NCBI GenBank assembly: GCA_964573245.1
Contig: CAZNJA010000039.1
Span: 1 to 12,228, forward strand
Direction of reading: 5' to 3'
Length of the DNA stretch: 12,228 nucleotides
DNA from: an uncultured bacterium
GTDB taxonomy: Bacteria > CAIJMQ01
Shown: one piece after another, positions 1 to 7,268 of the stretch
Layout of the letters: every line of letters begins with the position of its first letter
Numbering within the stretch: the first letter of the stretch is position 1
Translations under genes and position numbers: made by a program
Notes under the pieces: model-generated
What the model saw: the letters and a program-made list of their open reading frames with translations, nothing else
What the model was told of the DNA's origin: nothing
The model's database searches: none

Positions 1-574
1 ATTTACCGATAAAATCCTGGATTTCTTTGTTGTCAAAAGTTTCCACTGCTTCCATAGCGTGGCTTATGATAAATCCGTCAATTGTTACCATGGCAGGCAA
101 CAGACATTTTTCGGCGATTCTTACGGCTTGGATTAAATTATCGTAAGCTTCTTGTGAATTTTCGGAGTAGATTTGTATCCATCCTGAATCTCTCGCGCCC
201 ATAGTATCCGAGTGGTCGGCGTGAATGTTTATCGGTGCGCTCAAACTTCTGTTTACCTCGGGCATTACAATTGGAAGGCGAAGTGCTGCGGCGATATAGA
301 GCATTTCCCACATAAGAGCAAGTCCTTGAGATGAAGTCGCGGTCATTGCTCTTGAACCTGCGGCGGATGCGCCTATGGTAGCACTCATAGCGCTGTGCTC
401 ACTTTCTACGGCCACAAATTCCGTATCGACTTCTCCATCCGCTACATACTGTGAAAATATCTGAACTATTTCGGTGGCGGGCGTTATCGGGTATGCTGCC
501 ACAACATCTGGGTTTATCTGTTTCATAGCATATGCCATAGCTTCATTTCCTGTTATTGCAAGTTTTTTCCTCAT
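1..574 (-). CDS. porA: Pyruvate:ferredoxin oxidoreductase alpha subunit (N-terminal part; runs off window start)
   Basis: Not in the ORF track; translated by hand from ATG at 574: MRKKLAITGNEAMAYAMKQINPDVVAAYPITPATEIV...VESEHSAMSATIGASAAGSRAMTATSSQGLALMWE...NIHADHSD. It has the YPITP and ESEHSA motifs of PFOR alpha, an upstream AAGGA SD, and follows porD. Confidence 0.95.
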   Translation of the reverse strand, partial: MRKKLAITGNEAMAYAMKQINPDVVAAYPITPATEIVQIFSQYVADGEVDTEFVAVESEHSAMSATIGASAAGSRAMTATSSQGLALMWEMLYIAAALRLPIVMPEVNRSLSAPINIHADHSDTMGARDSGWIQIYSENSQEAYDNLIQAVRIAEKCLLPAMVTIDGFIISHAMEAVETFDNKEIQDFIGK

Positions 575-589
575 ATATTATTCCTTATC

Positions 590-904
590 TCATTTGGTCT
601 GTTTTTCAGGAACCATCTTAATTGCTTTTTCGGGTTTGACAGGACATTCTTCGCTGCAGATGCCGCAACCTTTGCAGTGTTCCAAATCTATTCCTGCGAC
701 TTTGCCGTCTTTAAGAATTATCGCCGAGTCGGGACAATAAATCCAACATCTCAAGCAGTTGATACACTTGTCTTTGTTCCATATGGGGCGTTTGTTTCTC
801 CAATCCCCTGTTTTATATCTTTTGGCTGTGCCGCCTTCGAGTATTGTTCCGCCTATGGGCAGGTCTTTCCATCCATCCAGTTGTTTTTTGTCTTTATCGC
901 TCAC
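590..904 (-). CDS. porD: Pyruvate:ferredoxin oxidoreductase delta subunit (2x[4Fe-4S])
   Basis: TGDWR motif plus two ferredoxin motifs (CINCLRCWIYCP and CKGCGICSEECP); GTG start overlaps the porC end. Confidence 0.93.
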   Translation of the reverse strand: MSDKDKKQLDGWKDLPIGGTILEGGTAKRYKTGDWRNKRPIWNKDKCINCLRCWIYCPDSAIILKDGKVAGIDLEHCKGCGICSEECPVKPEKAIKMVPEKQTK

Positions 905-1475
905 CCTTGACCTCCTCGTAAGCTCTTTTAATCGCCTTAATGTTGCCCTCTATAAGCTCCGGTTTTGTTCTGAATTTTTTTTCTAATTTTTTTCTTGTGT
1001 CGTCAAGCACGTTTTCTATGTCTAATAATCCGCTGACTTTTATAAGCGCGCCCAACATCGGAGTGTTTGGGATTTCTCTGCCTAAAGTTTCTTTTGAAAT
1101 TTCTGACGCATCAACGGTAAAGATTTTCTTTCCGCTGATTTCCATTTCTTTTCGTATTTCGGCAGGAGATAGCGGAGTGTTTATAATGAGGATTCCCTCA
1201 TCCGAAAGTCCCATCGTAACATCCACTGTTGCCATAAGAGTAGGGTCAAGAATTGCAACTATATCCGGCGAAGTTACTCCGCAGTGGATTGTGATGGGTT
1301 CGTCGCTCAATCTGTTAAACGATTGAACCGGTGCGCCCATTCTTTCCGGCCCGTATTCGGGGAAAGCTTGAATGAATTTTCCTGAACTCATTGCCGAATC
1401 CGCAAACAAAAGCGCGGCTGTCTTTGCTCCCTGCCCGCCTCTTCCGTGCCAACGTATTTCAACCATTTTTTTCAT
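894..1475 (-). CDS. porC: Pyruvate:ferredoxin oxidoreductase gamma subunit
   Basis: EIRWHGRGGQGAKTAA, FPEYGPERMGAPV and PNTPMLGA motifs; gamma-delta-alpha order. Confidence 0.95.
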   Translation of the reverse strand: MKKMVEIRWHGRGGQGAKTAALLFADSAMSSGKFIQAFPEYGPERMGAPVQSFNRLSDEPITIHCGVTSPDIVAILDPTLMATVDVTMGLSDEGILIINTPLSPAEIRKEMEISGKKIFTVDASEISKETLGREIPNTPMLGALIKVSGLLDIENVLDDTRKKLEKKFRTKPELIEGNIKAIKRAYEEVKGER

Positions 1476-1542
1476 TGGTTCACTCTTTCCAAGTTAAACA
1501 AAAAATAACCCGTCTATATTATTTAATTTTTTTTTATATCTT

Positions 1543-1734
1543 TTATTCTTCTATAATTGTTATCGCTTCTACAGGACAGTCATCTGCTGCGTCTCTTACA
1601 CAGTCCTCGTGTTCGGGAGCGACTTCGTCGCCTATGACTTGCGCTACGTCGTCAGTTAATTCGAAAACTTCCGAGCAGTTATCGGAGCATAAACCGCATC
1701 CGGTGCAGAGTTCTTCGTCGACCTTAATTTTCAT
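1543..1734 (-). CDS. Monocluster [4Fe-4S] ferredoxin
   Basis: 63 aa, acidic, CTGCGLC...DCPVEAI; strong AGGAGG SD upstream; directly upstream of the por genes. Confidence 0.93.
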   Translation of the reverse strand: MKIKVDEELCTGCGLCSDNCSEVFELTDDVAQVIGDEVAPEHEDCVRDAADDCPVEAITIIEE

Positions 1735-1807
1735 TAGTGTTTTCCTCCTTTTTTCTCCGACGTTCCGCCGAATTTAATTTTTATGGAAATTATTCAAAAT
1801 TTTAGAG

Positions 1808-1836
1808 AATTTAACAGATAGAATTCTACAAGTCAA
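1808..1836 (-). promoter_or_regulatory. Sigma70-type promoter for ferredoxin/por genes
   Basis: Minus strand TTGACT (1836-1831), 17-nt spacer, then TGT-TAAATT extended -10 (hexamer 1813-1808). Confidence 0.6.
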
Positions 1837-1942
1837 GACCCGTTAGAGATTTAAAAACTGATAAATGCTCATTAACCAGACAAGCTACTGTCACATTCTA
1901 TAATAATTAAACATGATCCATTAAATCTCTTTACGGGTCAAG
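1832..1942. mobile_element. Small palindromic element copy 1 (MITE/REP-like)
   Basis: Inverted arms GACCCGTTAGAGATTTAA (1837-1854) and TTAAATCTCTTTACGGGTC (1921-1939); GTCAAG directly repeated at 1832-1837 and 1937-1942. Confidence 0.7.
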
Positions 1943-1990
1943 CTCAATATATGATTATCTGCTCATTAGCCAAGATTGGCAATTATATTC

Positions 1991-2989
1991 TCAAAAATAA
2001 TCTAACCCCATTGCCTTTTTGGCCAAATATAAAGTCTTTTTTGCTTCTGCTTGGGTTTTTTCATTTCCTTCGGCTAAAATCTCTTCTGCGAGTCCCTTCT
2101 TGTTTTCGAATTTATTCCTTTTTTCCCTTATCGGTTCCAAAAAATCGCTCAAAGCTTTGTTTAACTTTTGTTTTACTTCCACATCGCCGACAGCGCCTTT
2201 TTCATATCTTTCTTTTAAATCCGCGACTTCTTTTTTATTTTTATTGAAAGCGTCGTGATATATAAACACGGGATTTCCTTCCACATGTCCCGGATCTGTA
2301 GGATGAATTCTTGCGGGATCTGTATACATTTTCATGACTTTAGCTTTTACGGTTTCCGGAGAATCGGAAAGATATATGCAGTTATCAAGCGACTTACTCA
2401 TTTTTGCTTTCCCGTCTGTCCCTACCAATGTTGCCACGTCTCCTATCAATGCTTCCGTTTCAGGGAAAACATCCCCGTATAAACTGTTAAACCTTCTGGC
2501 AATTTCTCTTGTCAGCTCCACGTGTGATTCCTGGTCTTTTCCCACCGGGACAAGATTTGCCCTTACGATAAGAATATCCGCGGCTTGCAGCACTGGATAT
2601 CCCAAAAGCCCATAGGAAGGATTTTCTATTTTTAAATCTTTTATTATATCTTTAAGGGTTGGAATTCTTTCCAGTCTGGAGATGCTCACCAGCATCGAAA
2701 AAAGGAGCGTAAGCTCCGGGATTTCCTGAATTTTGGACTGTACGAAAATCGTGGATTTTTTAGGGTCTATTCCGACCGAAAGATAATCCAAAACCAAATC
2801 TTTGATATTCGCAGGCATTTCGCTTATGCTTTTTGAATCAGGTTTTGTCGTGAGGGTATGCAAATCCGCTATTATGAAAAAACACTCATATTCTTCCTGC
2901 AATTTTACTCTGTTTCTTAAACTACCGACATAATGCCCCAAATGCAGTTTGCCCGTGGGGCGGTCGCCGGTTAATATTCTTTTTCGCAT
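1991..2989 (-). CDS. trpS: Tryptophan--tRNA ligase
   Basis: TGDRPTGKLHLGHY (HIGH), YPVLQAADI, VPVGKDQ and KMSKS motifs. Confidence 0.97.
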   Translation of the reverse strand: MRKRILTGDRPTGKLHLGHYVGSLRNRVKLQEEYECFFIIADLHTLTTKPDSKSISEMPANIKDLVLDYLSVGIDPKKSTIFVQSKIQEIPELTLLFSMLVSISRLERIPTLKDIIKDLKIENPSYGLLGYPVLQAADILIVRANLVPVGKDQESHVELTREIARRFNSLYGDVFPETEALIGDVATLVGTDGKAKMSKSLDNCIYLSDSPETVKAKVMKMYTDPARIHPTDPGHVEGNPVFIYHDAFNKNKKEVADLKERYEKGAVGDVEVKQKLNKALSDFLEPIREKRNKFENKKGLAEEILAEGNEKTQAEAKKTLYLAKKAMGLDYF

Positions 2990-3012
2990 GTTGTTTCCCC
3001 GTTAAAGTTTGG

Positions 3013-3041
3013 ATTATATCAATCTGATTTTTTTTTGCAAA
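3013..3041 (-). promoter_or_regulatory. Sigma70-type promoter for trpS
   Basis: Minus strand TGA-TATAAT (hexamer 3018-3013) with TTGCAA (3040-3035) 16 nt upstream. Confidence 0.6.
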
Positions 3042-3178
3042 CCTCGTTAGAGATAGGTCGCCATAGATACAATGGCGACCGCACATTATAAGTTAAGCCA
3101 ACGTATAGTCTATAAACTTTCTCACGCCGATTAATAACGTATACAAAGTGTTTTATCTAATCTCTAACGGGGCAAACC
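3037..3178. mobile_element. Small palindromic element copy 2 (MITE/REP-like)
   Basis: Arms CCTCGTTAGAGAT (3042-3054) and ATCTCTAACGGGG (3160-3172); internal perfect hairpin GGTCGCCAT-agataca-ATGGCGACC (3056-3080); GCAAACC repeated at 3037-3043 and 3172-3178. Confidence 0.75.
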
Positions 3179-3218
3179 ATTTGCAAATAATCAAAAATAC
3201 TTTAATATATACTCTGAA

Positions 3219-4205
3219 ATGATAACACAAAAACGACTGGCTAATTTTTATCACCAATTAGCGACTCTGATTAATTCCGGAGTAAACATAATTCAGGCGT
3301 TGAATTCCCTGGAGGTTTCAACGTCACATTTTCAGTTTAAAAAAATAATCCACGGTGTCGTGACCTCGATTCGACAGGGGGGTACTCTTACCGAAGCGAT
3401 GCGTTTTTATCCGAATGTTTTCTCTACTCTGCAGATAAGAATAGTAGAAATAGGCGAGAAAACCGGAAAGTTGGGCGAGAGTTTAGTAAGAATCGGAGAA
3501 AACCTCGACCGCAATCATAAAAATCAAACAAAATTGATGACGGGGTTTATATACCCTGCCATCCTACTTCATGCTGCTATTTTTATCCCTGCGGTTCCCA
3601 AGCTTTTCTTGGAAGGCTTTGCGCCGTTTCTTAGAACAGTTTCGGGAACATTAATACTGTTATACGGTTTTTTCCTGCTCATCGTGGTGTTAGTAAAAAT
3701 CTCGAACAGAAATTTCGGACTGAAGAGATTTTTTCAGTATGTGTTTGGGTATGTGCCCGTAGTAGGTCCTCTTATAAAAAGACTTGCCATAGCGCGTTTT
3801 ATGTGGAACTTAAGCGCGCTTCATAGCGCCGGAGAAAATACGGTAAGGTCGGTCAAACTCGCGGCAGAGGGTTGCGGGAGTATTCCTATCACAAATGCTA
3901 TTTTTAGGGTTGTGCCCGATATCGAACGCGGCGGTAGTTTAACATCGGCGTTTCAGAAGGTAAGATTTTTTCCGAACCTCGTGATTGAGATGTTGTCTGC
4001 AGGCGAAGAAAGCGGAAGAATCGGAAATATGTTGGACAAGATAGGAGAATATTACGAAACAGAAAGCGACACCATCATACAAAGAATCGTTGTTATTCTG
4101 CCTGTAATAGTATATCTTGTTGTGGCGCTGTATATTGCCAGTATAATTCTCCGCTTTTATGTAGGATATTTCGGCCAGATTGACAGCCTATTGCAGGGTT
4201 TTTGA
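3219..4205 (+). CDS. Type II secretion system F / PilC family inner-membrane platform protein
   Basis: Two T2SSF repeats (QLATLINSGV...IGEKTGKL...YP and LSALHSAG...AGEESGRI) with hydrophobic segments between and after them. Confidence 0.9.
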   Translation: MITQKRLANFYHQLATLINSGVNIIQALNSLEVSTSHFQFKKIIHGVVTSIRQGGTLTEAMRFYPNVFSTLQIRIVEIGEKTGKLGESLVRIGENLDRNHKNQTKLMTGFIYPAILLHAAIFIPAVPKLFLEGFAPFLRTVSGTLILLYGFFLLIVVLVKISNRNFGLKRFFQYVFGYVPVVGPLIKRLAIARFMWNLSALHSAGENTVRSVKLAAEGCGSIPITNAIFRVVPDIERGGSLTSAFQKVRFFPNLVIEMLSAGEESGRIGNMLDKIGEYYETESDTIIQRIVVILPVIVYLVVALYIASIILRFYVGYFGQIDSLLQGF

Positions 4206-4214
4206 GTTGACGGT

Positions 4215-4243
4215 TTGACATCACGAACGATAGAAATTACAAT
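4215..4243 (+). promoter_or_regulatory. Sigma70-type promoter for tsaB (and possibly the downstream genes)
   Basis: TTGACA (4215-4220), 17-nt spacer, TACAAT (4238-4243). Confidence 0.75.
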
Positions 4244-4271
4244 CTCCAACTTATTTAGGGCTTAACTTAAA

Positions 4272-5000
4272 ATGAAAGATAAAAAATCCTATAAGATTTT
4301 AGGGATTCAGACGTGCACATTAGTCTGGAGTGTTGCAATTATAGATGGCGAAAAAATTCTCGGAGAGTACATTTTTGATTCTTACGAGCGTCTCTCCAAG
4401 ATATTGGTTCCTTCGATTGATGAATTAGGAAAGAAACTCGGCATTAAAAAAGAAGATTTAGACGGCATAGCCGTTGCAAGGGGCCCCGGCTTATTCACCG
4501 GCGGAAGAATGGGCATATCTGTTGCGAAGGGGTTGGCTTTGGGGCTGGATATTCCCGCAGTGGGCATATCCACTTTGGACGCGCTTGCTTTCAATCTTTC
4601 TTACTGTGCTTATCCTGTTTGCGCGTTGATATCATCCAAGGGACAAGATGTATATTCGGCGGTTTACAAATCTGCCGATAGAAGTTTTAAAAAAACAGAA
4701 AAAGAATCCGTTTTTGGCATAGAACAGCGGCTTAAAAAAATCAAGAAACCGACCATATTTGTCGGCGAAGCCGCCGTAAGATATAAAGACATTATAAAGA
4801 AAAAATTGGGCAAATCTGCTATATTTGTGCCTGCATCTTTAAATTATATAAGGGCTTCGGATATTGCTTTTCAGGCGCGTGATAAAATAAAGAAAGCCGG
4901 TAAAATTTCTTCTTTGACTTTGGGAGCCCAATATTTAAGGCCAGGTGTAGACCCCATTAAAAGTCCCGCCACTGATACAATGGCGGGCAGTTCCGTGTAA
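4272..5000 (+). CDS. tsaB: tRNA threonylcarbamoyladenosine biosynthesis protein TsaB
   Basis: DLDGIAVARGPGLFTGGRMGISVAKGLA...GISTLDALA and C-terminal YLR motif typical of TsaB/YeaZ. Confidence 0.9.
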   Translation: MKDKKSYKILGIQTCTLVWSVAIIDGEKILGEYIFDSYERLSKILVPSIDELGKKLGIKKEDLDGIAVARGPGLFTGGRMGISVAKGLALGLDIPAVGISTLDALAFNLSYCAYPVCALISSKGQDVYSAVYKSADRSFKKTEKESVFGIEQRLKKIKKPTIFVGEAAVRYKDIIKKKLGKSAIFVPASLNYIRASDIAFQARDKIKKAGKISSLTLGAQYLRPGVDPIKSPATDTMAGSSV

Positions 5001-5028
5001 AAGCGGAACTTACTTCTAACGGGGTAAA
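4947..5028. mobile_element. Small palindromic element copy 3, overlapping the tsaB 3' end
   Basis: Arms ACCCCATTAAAAGT (4951-4964) and ACTTCTAACGGGGT (5012-5025); internal hairpins CCCGCCA-ctgatacaa-TGGCGGG (4965-4987) and AGTTCCG...CGGAACT (4989-5010); GTAGA/GTAAA flanks. Confidence 0.75.
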
Positions 5029-5046
5029 GAAAAAAAGGAAATAACA

Positions 5047-6240
5047 ATGAAAAAAAGCGTATATTTGCAGTCGCTTAAACTTCATAAAAAACTAAAAGGC
5101 AAACTCGACATAGTTTCCAAAATGCCTCTTAAGACAAAAAACGATTTGTCTTTATTGTATACTCCGGGAGTAGCGCAACCTTCCAACGAAATCGCGAAAA
5201 ATAAAGATAATTCCTATCTATACACAGGCAGAGGCAATCTCGTAGCGGTTGTGTCAGATGGCTCGGCAGTATTGGGTTTGGGAAATATCGGGGCCGAAGG
5301 CGCAATGCCCGTTATGGAAGGCAAATGCCTGCTTTTCAAAGAACTTGCCGGCGTGGATGCTTTTCCGATATGCCTTAACACGCAAGATGTTGATAAAATA
5401 TGTACTTGTATAAAACATCTTGAGCCCAGTTTCGGCGGGATAAACCTTGAAGATATTTCTTCCCCACGCTGTTTTCTTATTGAGGAGAAACTGAAGAAGA
5501 TACTAAGCATTCCCGTATTTCATGATGATCAGCACGGCACAGCTGTTGTAGTATTTGCCGCGCTGGTTAATGCATTAAAACTTACGGATAGAAAAATTTC
5601 ACAAGTTAAAGCAGTTATCAACGGCGCAGGCGCCGCAGGCATCGCAATTGCCAGATTCCTGCTTAATGCTGGAGTAAAAGATGTTTTATTATGCGACCGA
5701 AGCGGAATTATTTATGAGGGGAGAAAACGGCATATGAACTTCATAAAAGAAAAAATTGCCAAGGTTACAAATAAGAATAATTTTAAAGGCGGTTTAAAAG
5801 AAGCAATGAGTGTAAGCAATTTGTTTATCGGTGTTTCGGCGCCAAATTGCGTTACTAAGGATATGGTTAGAACAATGGAAAAAGACCCGATAATATTTGC
5901 GATGTCAAATCCTATTCCCGAAATAATGCCCGATGAGGCAAAAAAAGCAGGCGCAAGGATAATCGGCACAGGCAGGTCGGATTTTCCGAATCAGATAAAT
6001 AATGTTTTGGGTTTTCCGGGAATTTTTAAAGGCGCTTTCAAGGTGAGAGCAAGCGCAATAAATGAAGAAATGAAACTTGCGGCTTCATATGCGATAGCTT
6101 CACTTGTGCCCGCAAACAAATTAAGCGAAGATTATTTTATACCTTCGCCTCTTGACAAAAAAGTTGCCGTGAAAGTCGCAAAGGAAGTGGCAAAGGCAGC
6201 GATAAAGACAAAAGAGGCAAGAATAAAAAAGAACTGCTAA
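5047..6240 (+). CDS. NAD(P)-dependent malic enzyme (short form, no PTA domain)
   Basis: YTPGVA, VMEGK, GGINLEDI, PVFHDDQHGTA, NGAGAAG, FAMSNP and NQINNVLGFPGIF motifs. Confidence 0.95.
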   Translation: MKKSVYLQSLKLHKKLKGKLDIVSKMPLKTKNDLSLLYTPGVAQPSNEIAKNKDNSYLYTGRGNLVAVVSDGSAVLGLGNIGAEGAMPVMEGKCLLFKELAGVDAFPICLNTQDVDKICTCIKHLEPSFGGINLEDISSPRCFLIEEKLKKILSIPVFHDDQHGTAVVVFAALVNALKLTDRKISQVKAVINGAGAAGIAIARFLLNAGVKDVLLCDRSGIIYEGRKRHMNFIKEKIAKVTNKNNFKGGLKEAMSVSNLFIGVSAPNCVTKDMVRTMEKDPIIFAMSNPIPEIMPDEAKKAGARIIGTGRSDFPNQINNVLGFPGIFKGAFKVRASAINEEMKLAASYAIASLVPANKLSEDYFIPSPLDKKVAVKVAKEVAKAAIKTKEARIKKNC

Positions 6241-6285
6241 ATTCTAAAAGATAATGTTTCTCTGTAATCATTTAAAAAATAAAAA

Positions 6286-7260
6286 ATGATAAAAGTTCGT
6301 TCCAGAGCAAAACTGAAAAATCCAATATTGATTGCCGCGTGGCCCGGCATGGGTGAAGTAGCTTTCAAAACTGCCGAATATATAATGCAGAAACTGCAAA
6401 TGAAAGAATTTGCGGAGATTCCTTCTGACAATTATTCGCCGCCAACGGCGATAAGCGCAAAAGGCAGCATTATTCAACCCCCGTATTTTCCAAAAAACAA
6501 ATTTTATTACTATAAAAACACAACTTCCAAAAACGACATAATCCTGTTTCTCGGCGAAGCCCAACCCTCGTCTTCCAGACAATATGAACTCGCCCGGGAA
6601 ATCGTCGCATTTGCGAAGAAGAAAGATGTTCGATTCATATACACTCTTGCCGGAATGCTCATCTACGAAGAAAAAAGAGAAGGGCTAAGGGTCTGTGGCG
6701 TTGGGACAGACCTAAAAACAATCGATAAATTAAACGCATACGGCGTAAGACCCATGAAAGAAGCATACATAAGCGGATTGAACGGCTTGCTTTTGGGCGT
6801 TGCAAAGGAAGCGGGAATAAGCGGCACATGTCTTCTTGCAGAACTGCCGTTTTATGCAATACAAATAGAATATACCCCGTCTTGCCTTGTCGCACTGGAA
6901 GTTTTGGCGAACATGTTGAATATTAAGATAGATATGAAAGAGATGGGACTTTCCGCCGCCGATTGCAAAAGACAAATACAGAGATTAATAAACCACATAA
7001 GGCAATCGATAGTAGTGGAAAAGGAAGAAGAAAGTGATTTGGAGCCCGAAGAAGAAGACATCTCCAAAAAACTCGAAAAAGAATTGGGCATAACATCCGA
7101 AATCCCCGCGCATATAAAGAACAGAATAGAAAAACTTTTTGATGCTTCCAAAAAAGACAGCAAAAAAGCACTTGAACTAAAAGCGCTTCTTGATAAATGG
7201 GAATTGTTCAAACACTTTGAAGACAGATTCTTGGATCTATTCAAAAAGGAAAACCAATAA
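6286..7260 (+). CDS. PAC2 (proteasome assembly chaperone-like) family protein
   Basis: LKNPILIAAWPGMGEVA, FLGEAQP, IYTLAG and ISGLNGLLLGVAKEAGISGTCLLAE match the PAC2 pattern; acidic linker and helical C-terminal extension. Confidence 0.82.
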   Translation: MIKVRSRAKLKNPILIAAWPGMGEVAFKTAEYIMQKLQMKEFAEIPSDNYSPPTAISAKGSIIQPPYFPKNKFYYYKNTTSKNDIILFLGEAQPSSSRQYELAREIVAFAKKKDVRFIYTLAGMLIYEEKREGLRVCGVGTDLKTIDKLNAYGVRPMKEAYISGLNGLLLGVAKEAGISGTCLLAELPFYAIQIEYTPSCLVALEVLANMLNIKIDMKEMGLSAADCKRQIQRLINHIRQSIVVEKEEESDLEPEEEDISKKLEKELGITSEIPAHIKNRIEKLFDASKKDSKKALELKALLDKWELFKHFEDRFLDLFKKENQ

Positions 7261-7268
7261 GCGGCAAG

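Noticed and set aside
474-2615. Plus-strand ORFs opposite por/fdx/trpS (and similar short antisense ORFs elsewhere, e.g. 6852-7346, 11442-11726)
   Set aside because: They are shadow frames of well-supported genes with no recognisable motifs.
2997-3007. CCCCGTTAAAG just upstream of trpS as a fourth element arm
   Set aside because: It has no partner arm of its own and doubles as the GGGGA SD of trpS on the minus strand.
2990-3036. T-box or attenuator upstream of trpS
   Set aside because: The predicted leader is only ~20 nt and has no T-box motif or Trp-rich leader peptide.
3170-3200. GGGCAAACCATT upstream of the pilC-like gene resembles the start of a c-di-GMP-I riboswitch
   Set aside because: The required closing strand and GGGACGCAAAG-type motif are absent; the match is explained by the element's right end.
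1832-5028. CRISPR array interpretation of the repeated palindromes
   Set aside because: Copies are kilobases apart with genes in between, there is no regular repeat-spacer period, and no cas genes are present.
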